Below are positions 35,102-45,832 of a stretch of DNA of 64,000 bases, piece by piece (the first letter of the stretch is position 1; the number at the start of each line of letters is the position of its first letter). The notes beneath the pieces are model-generated. The model ran no database searches. It saw only the letters and a list, made by a program, of their open reading frames with translations, and had not been told where the DNA came from. A program made the translations under genes and the position numbers. The stretch is from Bacteroidales bacterium UBA1217. GTDB lineage: Bacteria > Bacteroidota > Bacteroidia > Bacteroidales > P3. Location of the stretch: positions 4,974 to 68,973 of the forward strand of contig DBXH01000007.1 of NCBI GenBank assembly GCA_002309335.1. The letters run 5' to 3'.

Positions 35102-36093
35102 AGCGTGTTTATTATTTTGTCGGCGAGGACTGCGGCGAGTTTGTATTTCGATTCGACTGTCCAACCGGCAATGTGGGGTGTGAGTACGGTTCGTGGCGAG
35201 TTAAGCAGATAGCGGAAGTCTGTAGGCAAGAAATCCGTTTTCCGTTCTCCGTTCTCCGTTTCCTGTTTTCCGTTCTCCGTTCTCCGTTCTCCGTTTCCAA
35301 TCCCGTCCTTGCTCATATCTTCGTATTCAATCACGTCCAGAGCGGCGCCAAGCACCTTGCCTTGTTCAATTGCTGCTGCGAGGTCGGCGGTTTTCACTAC
35401 CGCTCCGCGCGAAGTGTTGATTAGGTAGAAGGGTTTGAGCATCTGTTCGATGAATGTGTCGTTCAGCATATAATGCGTCTCGTCGGTCAGCGGGACGTGA
35501 AGGCTTACGATATCCGCCTCTTTTTGCAATTGATCAAGAGAGACCTCTTCGACATAAGAGGGTGCATAGCCGGCGGGCTTGTATTTGTCGTATGCAATTA
35601 TGCGGCATTCAAATCCTTGCAATCTTTGTGCGAAAGCTCCGCCCATATTGCCGAATCCGATGATGCCAACGGTTTTGCCTTTCACCTCAAGACCCCTGTT
35701 GGCTTCGCGTTGCCAAAGGCCCTGGCGTACTTCGCTGTCGGCCGAGCTGATATGGTTGAAAAGGGTCAGCAACAGCCCCAAAGCGTGTTCGCCAACGGCA
35801 TCGCGGTTTCCCTCGGGCGAGTTGAGGCAGCGGATGCCTACACTTTCGGCATAGTCGACATCGATGGTCTCCATACCGGCACCCACGCGACCGATACACT
35901 TCAGATGGCGTGCGTGGTCAATAAAGTTACGGTCGATAATTATCTTGCTACGCACCACGATGGCGTCGTAGTCTTTAACTTGCTCCAGTAACGACTGATA
36001 TGTGCAGTCGGTCCATACACGGCATTGATGGCCGGCGGCAGCAAGTTTCTCCTGCAGCACGGGGTGGGTGTTATCTGTAATGAGGACTCTCAT
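35095..36093 (-). CDS. D-isomer-specific 2-hydroxyacid dehydrogenase family (PGDH-like) carrying a 21-aa low-complexity insert
   Basis: GIIGFGNMGGAFAQRL (Rossmann fold), SLHVPLT, NTSRG, LDV and TPHIAGWT. The insert GNGERRTENGKQETENGERKT is encoded by the heptamer array at 35237-35299. Confidence 0.85.
   Translation of the reverse strand: MRVLITDNTHPVLQEKLAAAGHQCRVWTDCTYQSLLEQVKDYDAIVVRSKIIIDRNFIDHARHLKCIGRVGAGMETIDVDYAESVGIRCLNSPEGNRDAVGEHALGLLLTLFNHISSADSEVRQGLWQREANRGLEVKGKTVGIIGFGNMGGAFAQRLQGFECRIIAYDKYKPAGYAPSYVEEVSLDQLQKEADIVSLHVPLTDETHYMLNDTFIEQMLKPFYLINTSRGAVVKTADLAAAIEQGKVLGAALDVIEYEDMSKDGIGNGERRTENGKQETENGERKTDFLPTDFRYLLNSPRTVLTPHIAGWTVESKYKLAAVLADKIINTLC
35237..35299 (+). repeat. 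Nine tandem heptamers GTT(C/T)TCC (63 nt; (GGAGAAC)n on the coding strand) inside a CDS
   Basis: Read directly: gttttcc gttctcc gttctcc gtttcct gttttcc gttctcc gttctcc gttctcc gtttcca. Confidence 0.95.
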
Positions 36094-37157
36094 TTCTTTT
36101 TCTTATAATAGTTTGAAGAGCTGTTGTTGAAATTCTCCACACGGGGGGTAGGCGCCTTTACTCTCCTGTTCGTCGACGCTCCGAATATTCCTATGCCGCC
36201 CTTGATGTTGCAATAGACCTGCACAGGCTCGCTGAAAAGGCCGTCCAATTCAGACGTATAGCCTGTCGAAGTGATGTCATATCGGTACATCTCTTCCGAC
36301 AACGACCGGACTTCCAGAACAACCGGCAGCTCCATTCCATTAATCTGCGCCTGCATCCCATAATAGTACTCAAACTCCATTGTAAACTCGTGTGCGCCGC
36401 CCGAGAAGCGTTCGGAGCTGAAATACATTTCGCGGCCGCCATAGCTGCCGTCATCCCCGTCGAGGGCACCTTCAAGCGATGCATTGTTCACAATAGGGTC
36501 GCTCACTGAGAAATAGCTTTCTCTCATTTGAGTCGTATCCCATACCCACATCCACACGGTATCATCCAGTGTTTGCCTTATTTCTCCGCAATACAGCTTT
36601 ACGCTGAAAAAATCCTTGTTGCTATTGCAGTTAACCCTGAAACGCAACCTGTAATAAAACGACGTACTATAAGGGTCCTCATTCATAGTGTCAACAACAT
36701 AGTCGACGATTTCAACCTGCGGCTGCTGAGGCACGACAGTCGTAGCTGTAACTGTCTCGCTATATCCAGGCACAGTGGCACTAAGCCTCATCGTGTCGCC
36801 TGGATGAGGACTCACTGTGAACTTATAGCCGCCGTAGTAGGTTGTGGGTCCATAATAGCCATTCCAATCATCATAATATTCTGACTGAATAAAACACTTC
36901 GGGTCATACGTTCCTACGGCGGTATTATTGCCCGAAGTAATTGTGATTGATGCGTTGTCGATAATGTTAAAATTCCTGTTGTCTAAAAAGAAACGGCTAT
37001 AGCCAAGATAAACTGCTACAAGCGAGTCACTAACAGGCTTTGACACCATCACAACGTAGGGTTCTACCTCGCCCGGGTCGAAATCAACCACTTTCTCGCA
37101 CGAACTCATTAGGGTGGCGAGCATTAAAATCATTGGGATATATCTTTTTCTTACCAT
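36090..37157 (-). CDS. DUF4249 family lipoprotein (usual partner of the upstream TonB-dependent receptor)
   Basis: Lipobox LMSSCEK. Size and position directly after a CarboxypepD_reg-type TBDR fit the family. ATGA overlap with the downstream dehydrogenase. Confidence 0.6.
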   Translation of the reverse strand: MVRKRYIPMILMLATLMSSCEKVVDFDPGEVEPYVVMVSKPVSDSLVAVYLGYSRFFLDNRNFNIIDNASITITSGNNTAVGTYDPKCFIQSEYYDDWNGYYGPTTYYGGYKFTVSPHPGDTMRLSATVPGYSETVTATTVVPQQPQVEIVDYVVDTMNEDPYSTSFYYRLRFRVNCNSNKDFFSVKLYCGEIRQTLDDTVWMWVWDTTQMRESYFSVSDPIVNNASLEGALDGDDGSYGGREMYFSSERFSGGAHEFTMEFEYYYGMQAQINGMELPVVLEVRSLSEEMYRYDITSTGYTSELDGLFSEPVQVYCNIKGGIGIFGASTNRRVKAPTPRVENFNNSSSNYYKKKK

Positions 37158-37186
37158 ATTCTATTTAAGTTATTAGGGTTGTGAAA

Positions 37187-39595
37187 TTAGAATTTATAGC
37201 TGTATGAAAGCGATGGCATAATCGGGAAGAGTGAAAGTTGCACTAATGCCGAGTTGTAGTGTACTCCGTTGATTACTGAATGGGTGTTGTTCTTCTCGTA
37301 TACCATAAACGGGTTCTTGCGGTTGTAGACGTTGTACACACTCAAACTTATGGTGCGGGTGCCGTGTTTCTTCTCCTTGTGGAAATTTACGCCTACATCC
37401 ATACGGTGATACATCGGCATACGGAAGTTGTTGCGGTTCTCTATGTAATGTATTGTTTGGCCGGTGGTCGGATCTATGTACTCGTGCATCGAGAGGGTCC
37501 CCACATTTCCTGACGACAGTACCCAAGTGGCGCTACAGTCGAACTCTTTGTTTGGTTTGTAGCTGACCATAATTGAGAGGTCGTGTCGGCGGTCATATTT
37601 TGCGGGGAAAGGTTCTCCGTTGTTAATCATCTGACCTTCGCGGTCAAACAGACGCATTGTCTTGCTCCAAGTGTAACCTATCCAGCCGGTAATGTCGCCA
37701 ATGGTTCTCTGGGCCAGCAACTCCAAACCATACGACCAGCCATCGCCCATATATACCTTGTCTTCCCAACCTGTCGACGAACCTAAGAAACTTGCTCCGT
37801 CTTTGTATTCCAACATATTTTTCATCTTCTTGTAGTACACCTCTGCCGATAAGTCTGCGATGCCCGACCAATTGTAGAATGCGCCTGCTGCAACTTGGTG
37901 GGCATACATCGGTACTATGCGTTTTGTTACGGGCACCCACAGGTCGGTGGGCAAGCTGATTGAGCTGTTCGACAGCTGATGCATATACTGGGTCATATAC
38001 GAGTAGCCGGCTTTGAAGGATAGGTCCTCGCTCAGCATCCAGCGGCCACTCAAACGGGGTTGAATCGAGGGGTAGAACTTGCCTTGTACGGCAAAGCCCG
38101 TAAGGTTCACTCCGCCGTTGATTTTGAATGCCTCGTTGATAGTCCAGTCATCTTCAATGAAGGTGCTTATCTCATTGGCGTGAACCCTGCTCTCGCCAAG
38201 CGTTGTGTCGAAAATGACATCTGTTCCAGAATAGTTTTCCTCATACCGCGTGCCGGTAACGTCGGGCTGGAAAATGTGATGAATATAGTTGCCTCCGAAT
38301 TTTACCTTGTGGTCGGGGTTGGGCTGATAGTCGAAGTCTACCTTGGCGGTGATGTCGCGGATGCCTGATTTGTAGGTCATCTCGGCGTTGTAGTATTCTG
38401 TTGTGTTATAATAGTATTCGTTTTCTTCCAACCTGATGCTGATGTCGTTACGGTAGCGTGTGTAGGCTCCAGTTACGTTCATAAACATCTTGGGTGTCAA
38501 CTCGTAGTTCCAACGCAACGAACCGACGAGGTTGCCCCAGTTGTAGCCGAGTTTCATAATCTCCTCCGATGTCGATCCGTTGTATTCGTAGTTGTAGGTG
38601 TATTTCATCCTTGCATATATCTTGTCGTCGCCCGAGTACCAGCTGCCTATCAGTCGGCTGCGGTCGCTGAAGCGGTGCGTTACCTTGGCGTTGAGATCGT
38701 AGAAATAATAGCCCGCGTTCAAACGCCCTGCGTCCTCCATCGCGCCGATTGCCATAATTGCAGGCTGCATCAACAAATCAAAATAGGTGCGGCGGTAGCT
38801 GACATTGAAAGTCGTTTTGTCCTTGTAGAGCGGTCCCTCGAGGTTTACCTTGGCGGCAATGACACCGATGGTGGCGTTGCCGTGCAGTTTCTTGTCGTTA
38901 CCGTCGTTGGTGGTAATGTCGAGCACACTCGACAGACGTCCGCCGAAATGCGCAGGGAAACTGCCCTTGTAGAGTGTTACGTTCTTGATAGCGTCGGCGT
39001 TGAAGGCAGAGAAGAAACCTCCCAAGTGGTTAACATTGTACAATGGCACTCCGTCGAGCAGAAAGAGGTTCTGGTCGGGTCCGCCTCCACGCACATAGAT
39101 ACCCGACATACCCTCTGTGCCACTCTGCACTCCGGGCAGCAGCTGCAAGGCTTTGAGTACGTCGGTTTCGCCAAACAGGACAGGTACCGACTTGATATTC
39201 TCTACAGGAATGTCGATAGCGCTCATCTGCGACGAACGGTGCGAACTGATGCGGTCGGCTTTGATGGTTACGGTTTGCAGCACGGTGCTCGACTCTAGCC
39301 ACACATTCAATTCTTCGTTCTTCGACAAGTCAATGGTGTCAAAAAATGTTTTGTAGCCGACATAAGATATTCGCAATATCACTTTGCCTTTTGGCAGCGT
39401 CAGCGAGTAGCGTCCTTCGGCATTGGTCAGCGCACCCTTGCCCGACAGCATATCATACACCGTTGCGCTTATCAGCGTTTCGCCGGACGATAGAGCCCTT
39501 ATAGTGCCTCTTATCGTAAAGTTTTGAGCCTCGGCGATTCTGCATCCTGTCAGGAGCAGTAGCACAATCAGCAATTTTTTCTTCAGTTTTATCAT
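37187..39595 (-). CDS. TonB-dependent receptor with an N-terminal carboxypeptidase-regulatory-like domain
   Basis: FTIRGTIRALSSGETLISATVYD...NAEGRYSL (CarbopepD_reg), a plug (VLKALQLLPGVQSGTEGMSGIYVRGGGPDQNLFLLDGVPLYN), and a beta-barrel ending in an aromatic residue (SYSYKF). Confidence 0.9.
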   Translation of the reverse strand: MIKLKKKLLIVLLLLTGCRIAEAQNFTIRGTIRALSSGETLISATVYDMLSGKGALTNAEGRYSLTLPKGKVILRISYVGYKTFFDTIDLSKNEELNVWLESSTVLQTVTIKADRISSHRSSQMSAIDIPVENIKSVPVLFGETDVLKALQLLPGVQSGTEGMSGIYVRGGGPDQNLFLLDGVPLYNVNHLGGFFSAFNADAIKNVTLYKGSFPAHFGGRLSSVLDITTNDGNDKKLHGNATIGVIAAKVNLEGPLYKDKTTFNVSYRRTYFDLLMQPAIMAIGAMEDAGRLNAGYYFYDLNAKVTHRFSDRSRLIGSWYSGDDKIYARMKYTYNYEYNGSTSEEIMKLGYNWGNLVGSLRWNYELTPKMFMNVTGAYTRYRNDISIRLEENEYYYNTTEYYNAEMTYKSGIRDITAKVDFDYQPNPDHKVKFGGNYIHHIFQPDVTGTRYEENYSGTDVIFDTTLGESRVHANEISTFIEDDWTINEAFKINGGVNLTGFAVQGKFYPSIQPRLSGRWMLSEDLSFKAGYSYMTQYMHQLSNSSISLPTDLWVPVTKRIVPMYAHQVAAGAFYNWSGIADLSAEVYYKKMKNMLEYKDGASFLGSSTGWEDKVYMGDGWSYGLELLAQRTIGDITGWIGYTWSKTMRLFDREGQMINNGEPFPAKYDRRHDLSIMVSYKPNKEFDCSATWVLSSGNVGTLSMHEYIDPTTGQTIHYIENRNNFRMPMYHRMDVGVNFHKEKKHGTRTISLSVYNVYNRKNPFMVYEKNNTHSVINGVHYNSALVQLSLFPIMPSLSYSYKF

Positions 39596-39674
39596 ATAGT
39601 TTTTATTATCTATTATTAAGGTAGTCGTTTTAACATACTAGAATCTTACACTCAATAAAAAAATCTTTCAAACT

Positions 39675-40811
39675 TTAACCTTTAAAGAAGTCATTTATCC
39701 ACCCGCTTGGCTGGTTCTTCGACAGCTTTGTGCCGCAATAACGGCAGAATCTGGCATCGGGATCATTCTCGGTGTGTCCGCAATGGGAGCAGAACCGCGA
39801 TATGGGAACCACAGCCGTTGTCGAATCATCATCATATTCGTTAAACTCTTCGGGAATGTCTTCTTCGTTTTCCGTTTTTCGTTCCCCGTGTTTGAATTCG
39901 TTTATGGTTTCACCGACAACAATACCTGTTGGAACGGCAATTATTGAATAACCCAACAGCATCACAATCATAGATATAAACTGCCCCATTGGCGTCACGG
40001 GCGAAATGTCGCCATATCCCACAGTCGTTATCGTCACCACGGCCCAGTAGATCGACGTCGGTATGCTCTTCATTGCAGGGTTCTTACCCGACTCGAACAT
40101 ATATATTATTGCACCCAGAATGATGGCAGCGATAAAGACAAAAAGCATAAAAATCAGTATCTTCGTAACGCTTCGTCTTATAGCGTTGAGCAGTCGGAAA
40201 CTCTCCTGAAGAAAACGCTTCATATTGAATATCCTGAATATTCTCAGCGTACGCAGCACGCGCAGTACGGTAAGTGTCTGGGTGGCAGGAATCAGAAGAC
40301 TCATATAGGCGGGGAATATTGACAGAAAATCGATGATGCCGTAAAACGATAATATATATTTCCATGGGCGGTTCAGGCAGTAGATGCGCAAGTAGTATTC
40401 CAGAGTAAAGATGATGGTAAACAACCATTCCAGTCCTTTCAGCACCCATCGCATATTTGCGTGGACGGCCTCAAAACTGTCGAGCATTATAACCAAAAGA
40501 TTAAGTCCGATAAGTACCAGCAGCCAGACGTCAAATTTTTTGCCAGCAGGTGTGTCGGCCTTGAAGATTATGCGATAGATCTCTTTCTTCGATATGCCGC
40601 GGTATTTCTTGGGTATCAGTACGCTGAACAGCAACCAATGAAAGAAATTGCCTGTGGCATGAGCTATCTTGCTTCCGATGCGACGGTAGTTAAGATTTGA
40701 TAGGAAATTCCATATCTTTTTCCCAGCCCACACCAGCGGATGCGTCAGACAATACCAAATAAGCATCAGCGCCTTCACAAAAATACTCTTCTCGTTACGA
40801 TTGTTTTCCAT
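39675..40811 (-). CDS. Voltage-gated-type K+ channel with a C-terminal zinc-ribbon tail
   Basis: S4-like LRVLRTLRIFRIFNMKRF, selectivity filter TTVGYGD, and C-terminal CSHCGHTENDPDARFCRYCG. Confidence 0.85.
   Translation of the reverse strand: MENNRNEKSIFVKALMLIWYCLTHPLVWAGKKIWNFLSNLNYRRIGSKIAHATGNFFHWLLFSVLIPKKYRGISKKEIYRIIFKADTPAGKKFDVWLLVLIGLNLLVIMLDSFEAVHANMRWVLKGLEWLFTIIFTLEYYLRIYCLNRPWKYILSFYGIIDFLSIFPAYMSLLIPATQTLTVLRVLRTLRIFRIFNMKRFLQESFRLLNAIRRSVTKILIFMLFVFIAAIILGAIIYMFESGKNPAMKSIPTSIYWAVVTITTVGYGDISPVTPMGQFISMIVMLLGYSIIAVPTGIVVGETINEFKHGERKTENEEDIPEEFNEYDDDSTTAVVPISRFCSHCGHTENDPDARFCRYCGTKLSKNQPSGWINDFFKG
39867..39887 (+). repeat. Degenerate three-unit copy of the heptamer array (gttttcc gtttttc gttcccc)
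   Basis: Read directly. Encodes GERKTEN in the channel's cytoplasmic tail. Confidence 0.6.
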
Positions 40812-40820
40812 CTTGTTTAT

Positions 40821-42104
<1,284 letters not shown>

Positions 42105-42338
42105 CGAATCAAATTCAATATTATAAAAAACGTGATCTCCCTATAATTATTATACAGTCTTGGATTTTTTGTTTTTATATGTATAAAAATAAAGATATTT
42201 CTCTGTTCCTTTGGTTTCTCAATATCAACCAACCATATCTTGAAATCGTGAATTAAGTTTTTTTACCGGATAATAAAATAAAATGCTTCTACGTTATACT
42301 AAATATGTAAATCTTAAAAAATATAAAAAATATACTCG

Positions 42339-45029
42339 ATGCATCTAAAAACTCTAAAACCTTTTGTACTTTTTACACTACTTATTCTCTGTGTTTCAAC
42401 CCTGTGTGCCCAGCCGGGCGGTCCTGGCGGCCCTCCTCCTGGCGGTTTTCCGGGCGGCGGATTCCCCGGCGGTCCGCGTGGCGACCGTCAACGTCAGCAG
42501 ACGCAGCAGAAGAGCACTACCGTCAAGCAGAAAAAGAATGTCAAGGCAGGCTCCACCTTCAAGGTGGTGGGCTCGCTGATCGACAGCACAAAGAACGAGC
42601 CGTTGATGTATTGCAATGTGGCCCTGCTCGAGAAGGAGGACAGCAGCTTTGTCAAAGGCGCCTCGACCGATGCCAACGGCTATTTCGAGCTGCGTGACGT
42701 TCCGGCAGGCGAATACCTGATTCGCGCCAGCTATATGGGCTACGCCACGCGCTTCGTTCCCGTCAAGGTGAGCAACAATACCGCCGTGGGCTCTATCAAT
42801 ATGAAGGCCAGCTCGTCGGTGCTCAAGACGGTGACCGTCAAGGCCGCACGGCCTCTCTATGCCGTGGATGGCGAGAAGATGGTCTACAACGTGGCCGACG
42901 ACCCCACCATACAGGCCGGAACGACCGAGGACGCCCTGCAGAACGCGCCCGGCGTGGAGGTCGACGTGGAGGGCAACATCACCCTGCGCGGCGTGAGTTC
43001 GGTGGAGATTTGGGTCAACGACAAGCCTTCGAAACTGACGTCCGAGAACCTCAAGACCTACCTGCAGACCCTGCCGGCCAACGCCCTCGACCGCATAGAG
43101 ACCATCACCAACCCGTCGGCCAAATATGCCACCGACGCCGAGGCGGTCATCAACATCATCACGTCGGCACACATCAAGAAGAACCACTTTATCAGCTTTG
43201 GTGCAAATGTCGCTACGCAACCTAATGTTAGCCCTTGGTTGAGCTACACTTGGGCAAACGAGAAACTGAGCATCAACCTTTTTTCCAACTTCCGTTACAG
43301 CACCTCGCAGAGCGACTCGTGGAGCTGGGGCCGCACACGCCAGGACAATCCGCTGTATCCGGGCAACCTCGACTCGCTGCAGGATGTGATGTATGAGAAG
43401 GACAGCACTTGGAGCGAGGGTCGTAACTACGGCGGCAGTCTGGGCATCCATATCGACTACGAGATTGACAGTATGACCGACGCTGGCGTATGGGGCAACT
43501 TCAACCTAAACGGGTCGTCGAACAGCAACGACCGCTGGCACAGCCGCGATGTTTATCTGCCTACGGCAAGCGCCTTCCAGTATGATATTGCGAACGATGT
43601 CAATTCGACGAGTCTCTTCGGTATGTTTGGTGGTTCCTACAGCAAGAAGTTTGACCGCAAAGGTCACAATATGCGTGTCTTCCTGTTTGGCTCGACCAAC
43701 AACAATAGCAGCGGCACCAGCTACAGCCGTCTCTACAACCAGACAGACAATACGGGCAGCGACACCAATACCTTTAAATACTACGACAATACCTCGCGCG
43801 GCACCGATGTAAGCATACGCAGCCGCTACAACCGTCCGTACAGTAAGGATGGCGAGATGAGCTACGGTCTCAATTTCGGTACCGACAACAGCTACCGCGA
43901 CTACCGTCCCTATCTGCTCGACACAACCTACGAGGACGGTGTTACGGTTCTTGACGCATCGCTGTACGACGCCTTGCGCCGTTATGTTTATGAGGACCAC
44001 GAGAATGAGGTCTCGGCCGATGTAGAATGGACCCACCGTTGGGGAGGTTTCACTCTTCAACTTGGCTTGGGTGCGGGCTTTACCAACGACCGCTTTTCTT
44101 ACTCTGAGACGGGAACAGCCGGCGACGAGCATTCCAAGAACTGGATAACCTACAACCCCTCTATCCACCTCAGCTATCGCACGCAGTCGATGCACAACTA
44201 CAAACTCAACTACTCGCTGCGTATGCGCAACCCGTCCGGCGACCAATTGACTACCTATCGCACTTATACAGAGGATAGCTACAAGACGGGCAACCGCGAC
44301 CTGACACAGAGCTTCACCCACAACGCCGAGGCGGGCTGGACCAAGTTCTTTATGTGGGGTAGCCTTGGCGTTGAAGGCTATGGGCGACTCTCGACCGGCG
44401 AGATAGACAATCTGACCGATGTCACCGACGCTATCGACCCCTACATAGGCCGCATCATACAATACTCGACGCCATACAATATCGGTTCGTCGTGGCGCTA
44501 TGGTACATCGCTCAACGCCACCTATCGTCCCAGCGGATTCTTTAACCTGAGACTCTATGCCAATGTGTACGACTATGGCTACTCAATGCAGTACGACAAA
44601 TTGGGTCAGGATCCCTATTCTGACAGCAAGTGGAGCTATAGCATCCGTTTGAATATGTGGACTAAGGTGTGGAACAAGTACCAGATTCACGCGTCGGCCA
44701 ACTACAGCTCGCCGACGCTGGGCCTGATGAGCACTCGCAGCGCCCGCTATTGGGTCAATATGGGTGTGCGCGCCGACTTCTTCAACCGCAAGATGAGCGC
44801 CTTCATCAATATTCAGGACATCTTCAACTGGGGCAAGAACATCGGTCAGGCCAATAGCAACACTAATCCCTACTTCCTAAGCGAGAGTAAGCTTCGCACA
44901 CTCAATAGCCGCTATATCTCGGCCGGCATCACGCTGCGCTTCGGTAAGATGGAGCTGGAGAAGAACACTCAAAGCGGCAGCGAGGCTGAAGGCACATCGT
45001 CGACCGATAGTTCCTCAACGTCAGAATAA
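42339..45029 (+). CDS. Outer-membrane beta-barrel/TonB-dependent-receptor-like protein (CarboxypepD_reg + plug + barrel) with a Pro/Gly- and Gln-rich N-terminal stretch
   Basis: Signal peptide, then QPGGPGGPPPGGFPGGGFPGGPRGDRQRQQTQQKS, then FKVVGSLIDS...ANGYFELRDVPAGEYLIRASYMGY, and a plug-like NAPGVEVDVEGNITLRGVSSVEIWVNDKPS. Confidence 0.8.
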   Translation: MHLKTLKPFVLFTLLILCVSTLCAQPGGPGGPPPGGFPGGGFPGGPRGDRQRQQTQQKSTTVKQKKNVKAGSTFKVVGSLIDSTKNEPLMYCNVALLEKEDSSFVKGASTDANGYFELRDVPAGEYLIRASYMGYATRFVPVKVSNNTAVGSINMKASSSVLKTVTVKAARPLYAVDGEKMVYNVADDPTIQAGTTEDALQNAPGVEVDVEGNITLRGVSSVEIWVNDKPSKLTSENLKTYLQTLPANALDRIETITNPSAKYATDAEAVINIITSAHIKKNHFISFGANVATQPNVSPWLSYTWANEKLSINLFSNFRYSTSQSDSWSWGRTRQDNPLYPGNLDSLQDVMYEKDSTWSEGRNYGGSLGIHIDYEIDSMTDAGVWGNFNLNGSSNSNDRWHSRDVYLPTASAFQYDIANDVNSTSLFGMFGGSYSKKFDRKGHNMRVFLFGSTNNNSSGTSYSRLYNQTDNTGSDTNTFKYYDNTSRGTDVSIRSRYNRPYSKDGEMSYGLNFGTDNSYRDYRPYLLDTTYEDGVTVLDASLYDALRRYVYEDHENEVSADVEWTHRWGGFTLQLGLGAGFTNDRFSYSETGTAGDEHSKNWITYNPSIHLSYRTQSMHNYKLNYSLRMRNPSGDQLTTYRTYTEDSYKTGNRDLTQSFTHNAEAGWTKFFMWGSLGVEGYGRLSTGEIDNLTDVTDAIDPYIGRIIQYSTPYNIGSSWRYGTSLNATYRPSGFFNLRLYANVYDYGYSMQYDKLGQDPYSDSKWSYSIRLNMWTKVWNKYQIHASANYSSPTLGLMSTRSARYWVNMGVRADFFNRKMSAFINIQDIFNWGKNIGQANSNTNPYFLSESKLRTLNSRYISAGITLRFGKMELEKNTQSGSEAEGTSSTDSSSTSE

Positions 45030-45054
45030 TTAGGTATATAATATTTCTTTCATA

Positions 45055-45083
45055 AGAGATGCTGAAAAGCATCTCTTTTTTTT
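45055..45083 (+). terminator. Rho-independent terminator
   Basis: AGAGATGCT-gaaa-AGCATCTCT followed by T7-8. Confidence 0.85.
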
Positions 45084-45200
45084 GTCCTCAAATTGGCGTA
45101 TTTGGTTATTGTAATATAGTTTTGCAGATGCATTGTCAATGTTGAATGCTGATTGCAACCGACACTACTACAATGAAGTATGAAAAAAATGCAAAAAAAT

Positions 45201-45231
45201 TTTGCAGGTATTGAAAATCTTTGTACTTTTG
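45201..45231 (+). promoter_or_regulatory. Promoter of tRNA-Gln(CTG) (TTTG-N19-TACTTTTG)
   Basis: TTTG at 45201-45204 and TACTTTTG at 45224-45231. Confidence 0.7.
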
Positions 45232-45272
45232 CAGCCGATTTTGAGATAGGAAAGACTGTTCAAAATACAACT

Positions 45273-45343
45273 TGTCCTATGGTGTAACGGTAGCACATCT
45301 GACTCTGGATCAGCTTGTCTAGGTTCGAATCCTGGTAGGACAA
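45273..45343 (+). tRNA. tRNA-Gln (anticodon CTG)
   Basis: TGTCCTATGGTGTAACGGTAGCACATCTGACTCTGGATCAGCTTGTCTAGGTTCGAATCCTGGTAGGACAA. Nearly identical to the TTG isoacceptor apart from the anticodon arm. Confidence 0.9.
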
Positions 45344-45383
45344 CAAAAAAGGAAGCATCCCATTTGGGATGCTTCCTTTTTTG
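45344..45383. terminator. Bidirectional terminator shared by tRNA-Gln(CTG) and the convergent lipoprotein gene
   Basis: A6, then GGAAGCATCCCA-ttt-GGGATGCTTCC, then T6. Confidence 0.85.
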
Positions 45384-45397
45384 TATATAAACGCTGT

Positions 45398-45832
45398 TTA
45401 ATAGTTGCGGATTACGCTGACTTTGAAATTGAGTGTGCCGATGTTTTCCATCGACTCCAATGTGTTGTAATCGGAGGCTTTAAATTTGAAGGTAATTTTG
45501 CCAGGCTCAATGTCGTACTCCATACGCTCGTGATACTGAACGCCGTTGCCGTCAATATAATACTGCGTGTATGGCAGGATGTTGTCGCGCGAATCGTCGT
45601 CGATGTAATAGACCAGCACGACGCCGTTGCGGATAACCTCTTCGTCAATGTCGATGTTCTCCCACGTGGAATAAGCGTAGTTGACGGTGTAGGTCTGGTC
45701 GGCATTGAGGGTGGTAGCATACTCCCACTGGCTGGGGCTTACTTTGTAATAAGAGGTGACAACCCTTGCTTTTTCACCGCATCCTGTCAGTAATACAAAA
45801 GCGGCAATTAGAGGTAAGATGAACTTTTTCAT
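45398..45832 (-). CDS. Small lipoprotein of unknown function
   Basis: Lipobox LLTGCGEK. 144 aa, no recognisable domain. Confidence 0.6.
   Translation of the reverse strand: MKKFILPLIAAFVLLTGCGEKARVVTSYYKVSPSQWEYATTLNADQTYTVNYAYSTWENIDIDEEVIRNGVVLVYYIDDDSRDNILPYTQYYIDGNGVQYHERMEYDIEPGKITFKFKASDYNTLESMENIGTLNFKVSVIRNY

Noticed and set aside
35237-35299. Heptamer arrays and 9-mer arrays as possible CRISPR or minisatellite loci
   Set aside because: The units are 7-11 nt with no spacers and no cas genes. They lie inside CDSs or 5' leaders, so they are not CRISPR.
42396-44462. Long antisense ORFs (351 aa at 42396-43451 and 318 aa at 43506-44462) opposite the outer-membrane barrel gene
   Set aside because: Their composition is Ala/Arg/Gly/Val-rich and low in information, with no motifs. 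They lie entirely inside a well-supported plus-strand gene with a GC-rich third codon position. They are typical shadow ORFs.
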